Source: Octopus vulgaris (Eukaryota). Taken from it: a stretch of DNA of 64,000 nt. The stretch is taken from assembly GCA_951406725.2 (NCBI GenBank), contig OX597834.1:19096001-19160000 (forward strand), read 5' to 3'. The translations under genes were made by a program, and so were the position numbers. The notes under the pieces are model-generated. The model saw nothing but the letters and a program-made list of their open reading frames with translations, was not told the DNA's origin and did no database searches. Positions 1-12,624 of this stretch are shown in pieces; the first letter of the stretch is position 1, and each line of letters opens with the position of its first letter.

Positions 1-489
1 AAACAAACTATGAATCAGTTATTTGTATATTATTAATAATTTTTTGAAGAAAGAATGAAAGATGTAATTGAGGTTTATTATGAAAAGATATTTCAAGAAT
101 GTAATTAAAAAAGATTTTGTTGTCAAACTCTAATTACAAACCCTTCAGATATTGTTAGGAGGTAGAATGAGTAGAATAAGCATTACATCCAAAATATGAA
201 TATATTGTATTATAAGCTTCAGTCATACAATATGGGTTCTGCTGGAGATATTTGATATTTGTGTGTTTTAAGTGAAGAGAAATAGCCAAAGGAAGAAAGA
301 TGTGTGCAATTTTCTAGTAATATTCTTTCATCAAAATAACAAAAATAGTTTGAACACCTCTACCAAAAACAACTTCAGAAACAATTAAAGAAACACTGTA
401 TCATTGAGATAGAGTGATAAAATAAGCAGAATCACAAGATTTTAATATAATGAGACTACATTGTTTAATATATACTTCTTTTTAAATAC

Positions 490-867
490 AACAAGAGCAC
501 TCAGAGGATACAAACCTCCACCAGGGCAACACCAGCATCCTCTCAACGATTAGCCAGAGATGTTTTTTTTTAAATGAGAATATCTGTAATAAACTCGACT
601 ATTCCTCACAAACGAGAATACTAAAAATGAACCCGACCTCTATAAAAAATTAAGTAAAACAGCAGGAAAAATAATCCAGAATCCTTGTCTGGTACCGGAT
701 CGATCTGAAAATCTAATAAGGTGGTGCTAGTCATGAGGCCAAACATCCCTGAAAGTTTCATTCGAATTCATCCAGCGGTTCTTGAGATATCTTGTCCACA
801 GATAGACAAACAAACAAACAAACATAATTGAACACAATACCCCCGCCTTTGCTAAGGGGGAGGTAAC
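490..867 (+). mobile_element. Helentron-associated (DINE-1/HINE-like) non-autonomous element
   Basis: 5' AACAAGAGCACTCAG with subterminal ACCTCCACC (~514) inverted against 3' GGGGGAGGT (~856-864); (CAAA)n tract before a 3' stem-loop ACCCCCGCC-TTTGCTAA-GGGGGAGGT; this is the DINE-1/HINE architecture. Confidence 0.55.
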
Positions 868-984
868 TAGGTGCAATCTGAAGGAGATTTGGTTTTTTTC
901 ATTTCTAGTAGGTAAAGCAACTATAGAGAGCTTCCTTATCGGCTTGTATTATTGTAAATATTATGGACTATAATAGCTTTATGC

Positions 985-1135
985 TCTGAGTTCAAATTCT
1001 ACCATGGTTATCTTTGCCTCTTATCCCTTTGGGGGTTGATAAAATAAGTACCAGTTGAGAACTGGGGTTGAGGTAATTGACTTACCTCCTCCCCCGAACC
1101 TGCTGGTCTTGAGCCAAAATTTGAAACCAAAATAG
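985..1135 (+). mobile_element. SINE family B, 5'-truncated
   Basis: CTGAGTTCAAATTC B-box and TTTGCCT..ATCCCTTTGGGGGTTGATAAAATAAGTACCAG central domain shared with other copies. Confidence 0.7.
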
Positions 1136-1262
1136 ACAAGTACTAAGGTATAAAAGTGGGTTCTTAGTGAGGTGAGTTGTGGCCTAGTATTGGTATCTTG
1201 TAACCATTTCATTTTGATTTTATTGTCAGTGCAAGTGATAAAGTGTTGTTACTTTCCTTTTT

Positions 1263-1610
1263 AGGCTTGGCTGTGTAGTAGTAAGTTCGCTTCCTAACCA
1301 CATGGTTTTAGGTTCAGTTCCACTGTATGGCACCTTGGGAAAGTGTCTTCTGATATAGTCTAGGGCTGACCAAAGCTTTGTAAATGGATTTGGCAGGCAG
1401 AAACTGAAAGAAGCCTGTTACACACAAACACACACACACATATATATGTGTGTGTGTGTTTGTGTGTGAGTCTTTGTGTTTGTCCTCCACTACCGCTTGA
1501 GAGCTGGTATTGGTGTGTTTATGTCCCTGCAACTTAGCAGTTTGGCAAAAGAGGCCCAATAGAATAAATACCAAGCTTTAAAAACAGGAAGAAATAAGTC
1601 CTGGGGCCAC
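1263..1610 (+). mobile_element. SINE family A (tRNA-derived, central microsatellite), diverged
   Basis: TGGCTGTGTAG A-box, GGTTCAGTTCC B-box, GGCACCTTGGGAAAGTGTCTTC CORE-like segment; similar to 21694-22095. Confidence 0.8.
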
Positions 1611-1711
1611 AGTCTAGTATCTGAAACAGGTAATGGCTAATTGTTTATGTCCACTCAGAGAAAGCAAAAGACGAAGTTCTCCTACGTAGATTTCCAATTC
1701 ATGTTTTGATA

Positions 1712-2100
1712 TTCTTTTATTCTTTCACTTGTTTCAGTCATTTGACTGTGGCCATGCTGGAGTACCGCCTTCAGTCGAACAAATCAAACCCATGACTTAT
1801 TCTTTGTAAGCCTAGAACTGATTCTATCAGTCTCTTTTGCTGGACCAGTAAATTGCAGGGATGTAAATACACCAAAATCGGTTGTCATGTGATGAGCTAC
1901 AAACATAGACACACAAACACACACATACATACATATGATGGGCTTCTTTCAGTTTCCATCTACCAAATCCACTCACAAGGCTTTGGTCGGCCTGAGGTCA
2001 CAGTAGAAAACACTTGACCAAGGTACCACGCAGTGGGACTGAACCCAGAACCATGTGGTTGGGAAGCAAGCTTTTTACTACACAGCCACTCCTGCACCTA
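1712..2100 (-). mobile_element. SINE family A, full length
   Basis: Reverse complement of the family A sequence from head (TAGGTGCAGGAGTGGCTGTG) to tail (GACTGAAACAAGTGAAAGAATAAAAG). Confidence 0.85.
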
Positions 2101-2151
2101 CATATTAATACATGAATGATAAAAGAACAGAAGTTAACATAATCATTTTCA

Positions 2152-2230
2152 TTAGGTTATAACTGTTTCAGCTATAAGAAACCATGCACCCTGCACCAAT
2201 ATAATGTCTTATAGCTTCTTCAGAGCCAAT
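2152..2230 (-). ncRNA. Degenerate minimal hammerhead ribozyme motif (Penelope-type)
   Basis: Minus strand: TTGGCT-CTGAAGA-AGCTATAAGA...TCTTATAGCT-GAAA-CAGTTATA-ACCTAA. Core intact and 10-bp stem II, but stems I and III are decayed. Confidence 0.45.
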
Positions 2231-2408
2231 TTTAAAAAGTGCTTCTTTTTTTCCACATCAAAGAAGCACTAAATATAATCAAATAATGGAACTACTGTTC
2301 TTTTGTCATTAATTTATCAATTAAACTCTGAATTAACTTTCTGGATCATATAAGAATCCAGAGTGGCAGACCACAGTGAATTCACACTTCTTCACTACAA
2401 GAGCTTAC

Positions 2409-2777
2409 TTATACTGCGTGTCATAAATGTATTGAGTTCTAATAACCGGTTATTGATACTATTACTACTACTATTTTGCTGTGGCAAAATGGTTTGTTGT
2501 TATAAACATTTCCTTCTAAAACTGAAAATGCCACAAAGAGAGAATAAGTTATTCTAGAATATCACTGTCAGTCTTTCTGTTTGTGGCTTTTAATAAAAGA
2601 CTGAACAATGAAATCGTGATCTGTCTGATTATTTAGCATCAACCACTTAAATATGCTAAGATTCACAATTCGCATACAATAATACATATTCTGCAATTGA
2701 GTATCACAAAAACGAAAAAAAGGACAACTATACACACAAATAAACAAAAACAAAAACTTCTATTGAACTGTCTCTGC
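2409..2777 (-). other. Candidate non-coding (5'UTR-like) exon of a minus-strand host transcript
   Basis: Acceptor GCTAATGCTTATTTTACAG|G at 2778/2777 (alternative acceptor near 2522); donor AA|GTAAGC near 2409; unique sequence, no through-reading ORF. Confidence 0.3.
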
Positions 2778-3308
2778 CTGTAAAATAAGCATTAGCTAGT
2801 TTAATGATCTAAGTTAATGAAGAGCTATTGAAACAGAATTCATTACTGTAACAAGTCCTTTGTACATGGCTTGATAGAAAAACTGCTGACCATTAACAAA
2901 AGACCAGGTCAATAAATGGCCGGATCAATGCCATTTCAATATTATCTTCCACATTCTCCTCTCCCCCCCACTTCCTGCTATTGAGACCCCCACACCCACC
3001 CCAATCACTTCCTTCTCTTCTTTGTTATTTGCCGATATTGTCATTGTCTATTTCTAATGTTCAATATGTCTAAACAAAAATGATTGAGCAAACAGTGGTC
3101 AGTTTTATAAGTTTGGGGAGTGAGGTCTGGGGGTGGGGGGTGGAATTGCTTATTTCTATTACAACAATGTATGCAGCTCTTTGACGCCATCCGGTTTGTT
3201 ATTGTCAAAGTCAAATTACAACATTTTCATTGTAGAATTCATAATGTAATCATGCATGTGATTGTCTATATATGTATATATATGTTTATAACTATATGTG
3301 TATGCATG

Positions 3309-3349
<41 letters not shown>

Positions 3350-3427
3350 ATATATATGTGTGTGTGTATATATATGTGTGTACATGTATGTATATATTAT
3401 ATGTATGTCTGTATGTATATATATATA

Positions 3428-3750
3428 TCATCATCATCATCATCATCATTTAGCGTCCGCTTTCCATGCTAGCATGGGTTGGACGGTTCAACTGGGGTCT
3501 GGGAAGCCAGAAGGCTGCACCAGGCCCAGTCTGATCTAGCAGTGTTTCTACGGCTGGATGCCCTTCCTAACGCCAACCACTCCGTGAGTGTGGGTGCTTT
3601 TTACGTGCCACCCGCACAGGTGCTAGACGGGGCTGGCAAACGGCCAAGGACGGATGGTGCTTTTAACAGGGGGCCAGGCAAGGCTGGCAATGTCCACGAT
3701 CGGATGGTGCTTTTTACGTGCCACCGGCACGGAGGCCAGTTGGGGCGGCG
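3428..3750 (-). mobile_element. Retroposon family D with (GAT)n tail
   Basis: Reverse complement of ...GGCACGTAAAAAGCACC...AACCCATGCTAGCATGGAAAGCGGACGCTAAA(TGA)n, seen in many copies in this window. Confidence 0.85.
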
Positions 3751-3767
3751 CTATATATATTCATGTA

Positions 3768-3798
<31 letters not shown>

Positions 3799-4074
3799 AT
3801 AAATTTATGTAATATGTGTGTATGGATATACATATCCTCATCATCATCATTTAATGTCTGCTTTGCCATTTGAATGAAATTGGTTGTGTAGTTCTCAAGT
3901 TTTAGGGAAACAGATAGACACACACACACACACACACATTCTCAGTTTTATATATATAGAGAGATATATATATTGAAAAATAGGATAAAATCTTTATAAG
4001 AATTTATCAAGTGGTTAGCGTGAAAAACCTCATAAGGGAAAAATCCATAAATTATTTCTCTTAAATATATTTAT

Positions 4075-4205
4075 TTATATTAAGGGCATTACTATACATA
4101 AATGCATCATGCTAGGAGGGACTCTTAAAGTCAAAACTTAAAGTTTTGACTTTAAGAGTCCCTCCTAGCATGATGCATTTATGTATAGTAATGCCCTTAA
4201 TATAA
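4075..4205. repeat. Perfect palindrome, 65-bp arms, 1-nt spacer
   Basis: 4075-4139 is the exact reverse complement of 4141-4205. Confidence 0.95.
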
Positions 4206-4217
4206 TATAATATTATA

Positions 4218-4283
<66 letters not shown>

Positions 4284-4284
<1 letters not shown>

Positions 4285-4605
4285 CATTTCTCACAGATAC
4301 ACATATTGACAAAGGCATCCATTTTTCTATCCAAACAGACACAATTATGACTGAGGATGGAGTATGGATTTATACGGTTGTTCCCTGCTGTGACCATGAA
4401 ATTGGCTTTAAATTGTTTGAAGAGCATACAAAGGAAGATCATATATTTGCCAGTGACTAAATTTAAAGGAATATCTACATTATTCATGTATATTTAAAGC
4501 ATTAAAAATGGAAAGAAAACATTATTGTTGTCACAGGAGGGCTTCATAAAAGCCTGTTGGAAAGAGAATGAATCTCTCTGCAGAGTAAACAACAGTTATG
4601 TTTGA
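4284..4605 (+). pseudogene. Decayed ORF with Bro-N-like pattern
   Basis: SFLTDTHIDKGIHFSIQTDTIMTEDGVWIYTVVPCCDHEIGFKLFEEHTKEDHIF, then after one frameshift VTKFKGISTLFMYI*SIKNGKKTLLLSQEGFIKACWK; resembles Bro-N 'DGEPWF...H.....TLFINESGLY' spacing (by-eye match). Confidence 0.35.
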
Positions 4606-4936
4606 ATCAATGTTTTAGTACTGTTGCTTTGTTAAAGACTCTTTAAGAATTGTCACTTTACCAAGAGTTATTATTTTTCTAAGAAAATTACTCGTTATAA
4701 AGTGGAAATTTAAAGAAAAATAAATCTCTTCTTCTACACATGTATGCACACACTCACTCATGCACACACACACACACACACACATCTATTTAATGGACTC
4801 AGTCATGCGTTTTGCATTACTACTTGCAGTTTCCACGTATTCACATCTCCTCAAGCAACAAATTTTGTTCTTTATTTAAAAACGAATCAAATAATTAAAA
4901 ATCCAAGAAGGCATAAGGAGGCTCTCTCTCTCTCTG

Positions 4937-5015
<79 letters not shown>

Positions 5016-5884
5016 TTGTATATATATATGTATATTTATATATGTACCATATATATATATATATATAATATATACTGTGAAATATTGCTTTTTGTATTGT
5101 ATATAGTTCTGTTTGTCTAGTCATTATTGCATCTTAATATGAAGTTTCTTTCCCAAAAAGCAACACTCACAAAGTAATGTAATGTAATGTTTAAACTCAT
5201 TAACAAACTGATACTATTGTCAAGAATCAATCAAGCATCTATGCTCGTTTTTTGTTTTTTTTTATCTATTGAATATAGATCCGATATTCATGGAAGCAAT
5301 TACTCGACACTTGGAATGTATGTGCAACTATTGAATATTTCCCAGGATTGCTATTGGAAATGTTTTATAATGCAATAGTTTGTGTTTAGTTTAGCATGTA
5401 ACCCTCTTCTTCATATTTAATAGACCCTACACTTGAGATGCCAATATTAGCTGATTGTGGCTGGCAACAGTGCATTCAATTGCAGAAACATTCTGTATAA
5501 CAGTGGTAATGAATCTAAACCATATAAATAATGATATAGTTATTAAATTGACTTTTAGTCAAATCTGTCCAACTGTAGTAACATCTTTTTCCTTGTTTTT
5601 CTTCTGTGTTTTTTTTTTTTTTTCCTATTATGAAGACAGTGGAGAAGGAGTATCTTTAGAGTCTCAGAAAAAAGAAAAAAAAATGCACTTCAGTGCGTGT
5701 TCCAGCTCGGTACATTCTTGGTTCAAATCCTACCAAGATTAGCTTTACCCTTCATTCCTGCTGGGCAATAAAACAAAGCACCAATCAAGTTCTGGGGTAC
5801 CCAAATTCCGCCGAGGTCAACTTTGCCTTTCACCCTTTTGGGGTTGATTAAATAAGTACCAGTTACGCACTGGGGTCAATATAT

Positions 5885-6110
5885 ATTTCTTTACTGCCCA
5901 CAAGGGGCTAAACATAGAGGGGACAAACAAGGACAAAGAGATTATGTCGATTACATCGACTCCAGTGCGAAACTGGTACTTTATTTATCGACCCCGAAAG
6001 GATGAAAGGCAAAGTCGACCTCGGCGGAATTTGACCTCAGAACGTAACAACAGGCGAAATACCGCTAAGCATTTCGCCTGGTGCGCTAACGTTTCTGCCA
6101 GCTCGCCGCC
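5885..6110 (-). mobile_element. SINE family B, full length, nested in another family B copy
   Basis: Reverse complement of GGCGGCGAGCTGGCAGAAACGTTAGCGC...TTTAGCCCCTTGTGGGCAGTAAAGAAATA; flanked by + strand family B pieces at ~5800-5880 and ~6112-6200. Confidence 0.85.
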
Positions 6111-6852
6111 TATAGGGATCAATATAATCTACTTAATCCGTTTGTCTGTCCTTGTTTGTCCTCTCTGTGTTTAGCCCCTGTGGGTAGTAAAGAAATAGGT
6201 ATTAACTAAGTCCTTCTACCAAAATTTCAGGACTTGTACTTTTAATTCAAACAATTGTATTATATGATATTGTGTTACATTCTTGGATAGCACACCTGGC
6301 AGAGCACTGAGCAGATATCTTTGTGGTATTTACTTGCACACTCCTTTCCACTTTGACTTAGTGTGGCAGGAAACCAATTTTACCTTTCATTTTTTCAGGG
6401 TTGATGAAATAAAGTAACTGTAAAGTATAGGGGTAGATTTAATCGACAGACCCTTTTGCCTTCGAGTGTGTATCTTGTGTCTATGTCTGAAATTGTTGTT
6501 ATAATTATTGTTTTCAAATTTCGGCACAAGGCCAGCAATTACATCGACCTCAGTACTCAACTGGTACTTGTTTTCATCGACTCCAAAAGGATGAAAGGCA
6601 AATTCAACCTCAGCAGAATTTGAACTTAAAATGTGAAACCAACTGAAATTTTATCCAGAATGCTAACAGTAACTGCCAACTTTACCACCTTAGATTGTTA
6701 TTATAATTATTAAGAGAATGGACAGAACAATTGACAGAACAAGAATCATAATACGGTACAATATCCAATGATGTCCTTTTACACTGAGGATTCAAATTGT
6801 GACACTTAGTCTTTCACTCTTTCTGGGGTTGAGGACATTTACTTGTTAACTT

Positions 6853-7070
6853 CTGGCAGAAACGTTAGTACACTGGGCAAAATGCGTAGCCGTATTTCGT
6901 CTGTCGTTACGTTCTGAGTTCAAATTCCGCTGAGGTTGACTTTGCCTTTCATCCTTTCGGGGTCGATAAATTAAGTACCAGTTACGCACTGGGGTCGATG
7001 TAATCGACTTAATACCTATGTCTGTCCTTGTTTGTCTCCTCTGTTTAGCCCCTTGTGGGTAATAAAGAAA
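6853..7070 (+). mobile_element. SINE family B (tRNA-derived, Deu/Nin-like central domain)
   Basis: CTGGCAGAAACGTTAG head, GAGTTCAAATTCC B-box, GACTTTGCCTTTCATCCTTTCGGGGTCGATAAATTAAGTACCAG central domain. Confidence 0.85.
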
Positions 7071-7976
7071 TAGATAATATCTCTTTCCTTCTTTCTCCCT
7101 CTCTCTTACACACAAACATTATCTCTCTGTCCCTTATCTCCCTCTCACACCATGCTCTCTCTCTTTCCAAAGTTATTTTTGGTATTTTTTACCTATTCCT
7201 TTGAACCCTAAATTCCCTTATTTCTAATTGAATACACTATCTATGACTTGAAATTAATTTTGAAAATTATCAATAATTTGATGGCATCTATTAAAATAAT
7301 TTAATTGATCATAATTAATTTAATATTTGAAATGTAAGTTAGCAAAAACGATTTTAAATAAAACTATGTTGGAATGTGTTAATTTAATTATGAAATTTTA
7401 AATGGGAAATTTTGTATCATAGAAACGAGAGCAATTTTAGATGGGTTGGTTTTAAAAGGGTTAAAAAAAAAAACAATGAGGAAGATGTCTGTAATAAATG
7501 CTGGATTTGAACTGTTGACCTGGTTGTCACAAGCATAACTGACTTGCTCTTTTTTTGTTCCAGATAATGCACTCCTCATTTAAATTTTGCCATTAATTAG
7601 ATATCAAAATATCAATTATGACAACGTGAATATGTAATTAATTACATCAATATTAACGAGAGAATTAATAAGAAGGATATTTTTTGTTTTACAAAATTGT
7701 GCATTAGCTAAATATTTTTGTTTTTTGTTTTTTTCTTGAGGAATTTGTTTTACAGTTGGATGGTCAGTTCTTGCTGGTCATCCCTTAATCATGCATTAGC
7801 AGTCACAGCCTGATTAACATACCTTGTCTCTGAGTAAAAATCAATGACTATAACAAGGTTTCCATCTTAAGAAAAATCTAATAATCAGTAATCCAGCTGC
7901 CTAAACTCACTGATTCAATTTTCTTTTATATTTCTGAACCATTTGAGATATGCTATTATGGTACTAGTAAATTGTG

Positions 7977-8235
7977 AAGGTGCATGGCTCAGTGGTTAGA
8001 ACGTTGAGCTTACGATCGTGAGGTTGTGAGTTCGAATCCTGGACCAGGCTGTGTGTTGTGTTCTTGAGCAAGACACTTTATTTCACGTTGCTCCAGTTCA
8101 CTCAACTGTAGAAATGAGTAGCGATATCACAGGTGCCAAGCTGTATTGGCCTTTGTCTTTCCCTTGGATAACATTAGTAGTGTGGAGAGACGAGGCTGCT
8201 ATGCATGGGTGACTGCTGGTCTTCCGTTTGACTAA
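7977..8235 (+). mobile_element. SINE family C (tRNA head plus CORE-like domain)
   Basis: TGGCTCAGTGGTTAGA A-box, GAGTTCGAATCCT B-box, then GTGTTCTTGAGCAAGACACTTTATTTCACGTTGCTCCAG. Confidence 0.85.
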
Positions 8236-9019
8236 CACAGAGATAGTCACCAATAGAATCCATGTTTGCAAATCTGAGACCATTGGGAAAATGAAAAATA
8301 GGGTTGTCTAAAGAAGCCATGATGAATGTATAATTACCATATGGATTGATTGTAGCAGCAAGGATCACCTTACTAGGAGATCAAGCTAAGAATGAATTAA
8401 AAACTGGCAGAGAATTAATGAGATGAAACATTGTGGTCAGCATATGGTCATATTTTATTTAGTAGATTTTGGTAGAGTTAAATAACTTCAATTACTGTGA
8501 GGTAACATTTTTGACTCTACCTCTCTAAGTCAGAGTGCAGAAGATTGTGAAAGTGGTATTGCTTAGCCTGTAAGTAATCAAATTGTTGACAATGCAAACC
8601 ATTACCAGTTTCCTAGGATTCTAGATTTTATCTTGAAAATGTTTTCCATATTCAAACATGTGTTTCCTTCCAGTAGACGTAGTTGTTACAAGGGGGGATA
8701 ATGATTTTTTTCATATTTTGGTGGGATTAGAAAACTCAATTTAAATTAAAGAAATTTAAGGAAAGAGATGCATAGAATTCACAATGTAATTTATTCTTTG
8801 CCTACTTATTACAAGGTTCTTAAAATTCCTAGTTGGTTCTAATCATGTCAATAACCATTTCGTTCTTTTTAGAAATCATCAGCATGGTATAACCTGTGAT
8901 TTTTTAATTAAACATCTTTGTTTAGTCTTAATAACTTTCTTCATTATAAGTTTGATCTTGATAAGTTTATTCCCTTGGTCAACCCGAAATTTGGTAAACA
9001 AGAGCTAAAATACGACTGA

Positions 9020-9350
9020 AATAAATTTAGTGCAAGTGTATCTGCTGTTTAAATTATGAACCTTGTTGTAAAACTGTAAACAAATGTAAAACATTTAATA
9101 TTCCCTTTGTACACAGAAAAATCTTTGCATGTTTTACAGTTATTAGCCATTCTCCAGAACACAAGTACCTTCACTCTCTGATCACAAATTAGTCCTCTGG
9201 AGAATGGCCCATTAGCTGTGAAACACATAATACCATCCTATGCATTTCTTCTGTGTGCAAAGAAAATAATAAAATGTATATTTGTTTACATTTTTCCAGC
9301 AAGGTTTATAATTTATTGAAGCAGTAAGCATACCAACAGTAAATTTCTCT
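9020..9350. repeat. Old imperfect fold-back (inverted repeat)
   Basis: Arms such as AAATTATGAACCTTG/CAAGGTTTATAATTT, TGTAAACAAAT/ATTTGTTTACA and GCCATTCTCCAGA/TCTGGAGAATGGC. Confidence 0.75.
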
Positions 9351-9959
9351 CAGATTTTCTAATATACACACAGTGTATATTGGAACATTTATCATATAAA
9401 CATTTATTATTTAAAATATGACTATAAACGAAGGCTATAAACAGAAGGAAAGTTATAAATTATAACAGTATGCAATGATGTGTTGTAAGATAAAATAGAG
9501 ACAAACATTTTGAGCAACACTCCTTATTGAAATATTTGATCTCTGCTTTATCTAATAGGTAAAAAAAAAAAGCAATATCTTCAGTTTATAGTTCTGATCT
9601 AAATCTTGTTAATGCAGACCTACTAAATTTATAGTCTGTGGAATGTCTCTGCACTTAGTTTGGAAACTTGGTCTAAAGATATGTATGTATTTAGGTCGGA
9701 GTAATGGTGTTCCTGAAATGTGTGCCATCTGGGCAACCCTTGAGTTTGCTGTTCCCACCCTATACAAGCTTATATATATTTCTTGATATTCAATATTTCA
9801 TCTATTCAAAAGACAATCACTGCTTCATTTCATTTTACTATATACACTATATATTTTATATTCTATGTTAATATTATAAAGAATATAAATAAAATATAAA
9901 AAACAGAGTTGGAATTCCTTTGAATAATATATATCCCTCTATACACAATCATACAAAAC

Positions 9960-10007
<48 letters not shown>

Positions 10008-10013
<6 letters not shown>

Positions 10014-10188
10014 AGTTTAGGACAATCGGTAAGTTGTCATAATAGTACTCATAGTTTCAAATGCTGGAGCTAAGAGCTACGATGCATTCTCATCGGCTAT
10101 TAATGGTAATAGATGCTATAAAAATGCTCCAGCATTTGAAACTCTGACCACTATTACAATAACTTACTGATTGTCCTAAACTATACAT
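10008..10188. repeat. Fold-back element (~63-bp arms) between (TA)n tracts, Penelope-like remnant
   Basis: 10008-10070 is an imperfect reverse complement of 10126-10188; contains a hammerhead motif on the minus strand. Confidence 0.85.
10040..10102 (-). ncRNA. Minimal type I hammerhead ribozyme motif (U4C core variant)
   Basis: TAATAG-CCGATGA-GAATGC...GCATTT-GAAA-CTATGAG-TA-CTATTA: 6-bp stem I, 6-bp stem II, short stem III, GUA cleavage triplet. Confidence 0.6.
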
Positions 10189-10251
10189 ATATAAATATCC
10201 TCTATTTACCTAAGATCGAGGTCTCATTCTTTTGTTGTCACCTTTTTTTTT

Positions 10252-10305
<54 letters not shown>

Positions 10306-10737
10306 TATAAAACTATCATTGCTATGCTACTGGTGTTTGTTCAACAATTTAATGTTAAACCAACCTGTTGATCTTGAATAAACAGCATCCCAATTCGGGA
10401 TTTAGCAAGAGATAAATTTTTGTAGGAAGAGTGAAAGAAGATCCTATTTATTGTAGCATTTTGTATCAGCTATGTCAGAGTCTGTGGGAAATGTTGACAA
10501 GTAAACTTGTCAGCAGAAACCATTGCACTATAGCTGGCTTATTTTAAATGCATTTACTTGATTCTTTATTTTCTTTCTTTGACAGTTTTTACACCTTTCT
10601 ATGTTCAAATGATTCTGTTTTACACTTGTCATTCAAATAATTCCATTTGGAGAATTGAAATCACAAAATGACATTTATCAAAAATTTTCTCCATAAAATT
10701 TCTTTTTACTTTAATTTATATTCTCTCAACTTCCAAC

Positions 10738-10775
<38 letters not shown>

Positions 10776-10858
10776 ACACACACACACTAGCAAACACACT
10801 TTTGTACTGTAATATTGTAAAACATGTCATGTTCCTCACACTGCACTTTGAGAATCTT

Positions 10859-10892
<34 letters not shown>

Positions 10893-11604
10893 AGAAAGCC
10901 AAAGAAATATATTTATATATAAATTTGACAGAAAATGAAAGAGCTGCTTAGTTGTGTAATAGGTGCAGATTTCATTTCATGAATGTCTGATGGTGACACA
11001 TTGATGAAAGAAATAGCTGCAATAAAATGAAACGAGTAGAAATCTATCAAACTTCTTGGATTATTACACACACATACACTCACTCACACATACACACATG
11101 TAGTGTTTTAACTTGTTTCTATGAGAAATAAAAATCATTAACAGAGACAGATATGAAGACAAGTTTTGGCACTTGATGTTAAATTCCAGATAGGAATCTT
11201 TTAGGTGAAGAAAATATAAATTTTGAAAAATATAAAAAAAACAAACAAACAACCACTCAATGAAGCACTATTGTGTAACCAAAGTCTGGATCAGTGTTTC
11301 CCAACTATTTCGTAACTATGGGACTCCTTCGATTCTGATTTTGCTCGGATGGACTCTCATAGCCATTTGCTGTCCGAATAATCCCAGTGTTATATTTCTG
11401 TAATAATTTTTTTATTCTTTTACTTGTTTCAGTCAGTTGACTGTGGCCATACTGGAGCACCACCTTGAAGAGATCGACCCCAGGACTTTTTTTAAAAAAC
11501 TTGTCTCCTCAGTGTTTAGCCCCTTGTGGGTAGTAAAGAATTAGGTATCAGCTGGACCCCACCACACACTAAAATTTCTGGCCTGTGCCTATAGTAGAAA
11601 GGCT

Positions 11605-12300
11605 ATTTTCATATCTGCATGTGATTTTATTGTTGTCAGCTGGTCTAGATATCTACAATTGATCATACTTCAGCATGGGAATAACCAGTTTAACAGCTGA
11701 AATTAGATACAGTATTAGCTTAACCTTTACATATTTTATTGCCAATATTTATTCCATTGACCATTGAGAGATACAGTGAATTTTAAGACAATGCAGATAC
11801 TAAATGTCTATTCTGATGGTGATATTATCAATTAGAAAATCTAAACTGGCACTTTAATACTAAACTACTTTTAAGACTATTGACTAAATTTTACTAACAT
11901 TTCATTGTTTGATTGGTTCTGTAATTGTGATCTTTATGTCATGTTGTTGGATGGATTAGAATTCAGAATGTATTGCGTTAGCACTTAGGATTAGAAGAAA
12001 ATTATTTGAGAGAAGATTTTGCTTCCGAATTAGCTGCTTAACTGATGGGTATAAATATTCCCATGGTGATTTATATTCCTCATATTCTTGAAGCAGAAAA
12101 TTTTAATAAGTGTGTGATTTTATGAGCATCGGTTAATCTCTTATGAAATAAATGCTTCTGAGCATATTGCTTGTGGAAGATTGGCCTTCTATCCAAGATG
12201 AAATTTATATGTCAGTAGATTAATGCCACTCAACTAGAGCTAACTAAACACTGGTTCCTAAAAGCTTCTGCATGAACATACGAGGCATATGTATTTTGGT
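11605..12300 (+). pseudogene. Decayed coding-like segment, unknown family
   Basis: Frameshifted translation ...LFDWFCNCDLYVMLLDGLEFRMYCVS/HLGLEENYLREDFASELAA*LMGINIPMVIYIPHILEAENFNKCVI/FYEHRLISYEINASEHIACGRLAFYPR*NLYVSRLMP. Confidence 0.4.
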
Positions 12301-12312
12301 AAAATACAAACA

Positions 12313-12591
12313 TACGAGGTGATGTTGAAAAGTTTCTGGCTTTGGGTAAAAGAAAATACAGGAGGATCAGTTACTCCCTCTTTCTCTTTTACTCTTTTAC
12401 TTGTTTCAGTCATTTGACTGCGGTCATGCTGGAGCACCGCCTTCAATCGAGCAACTCGACCCCGAGACTTATTCTTTTGTAAGCCCAGTACTTATTCTAT
12501 TGGTCTCTTTAGCCGAACCGCTAAGTAACGGGGACATAAACACACCAGCATTGGTTGTCAAGCAATGCTAGGGGGACAAACACACACACGC

Positions 12592-12624
<33 letters not shown>

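Noticed and set aside
4297-4460. Terminal coding exon of a + strand host gene (TTTCTCACAG acceptor, TAA stop)
   Set aside because: Coding-like sequence continues past the stop in a shifted frame and no partner exons were found; a decayed intronless ORF fits better, though an exon is not excluded.
7977-8050. tRNA genes at SINE heads (also 36897 and family A/B heads)
   Set aside because: A and B boxes are present, but acceptor stems are incomplete and each runs directly into SINE body sequence.
9125-9230. Hammerhead motifs in the 9020-9350 fold-back
   Set aside because: Both arms read CTGGAGA and stems I and III are not recoverable.
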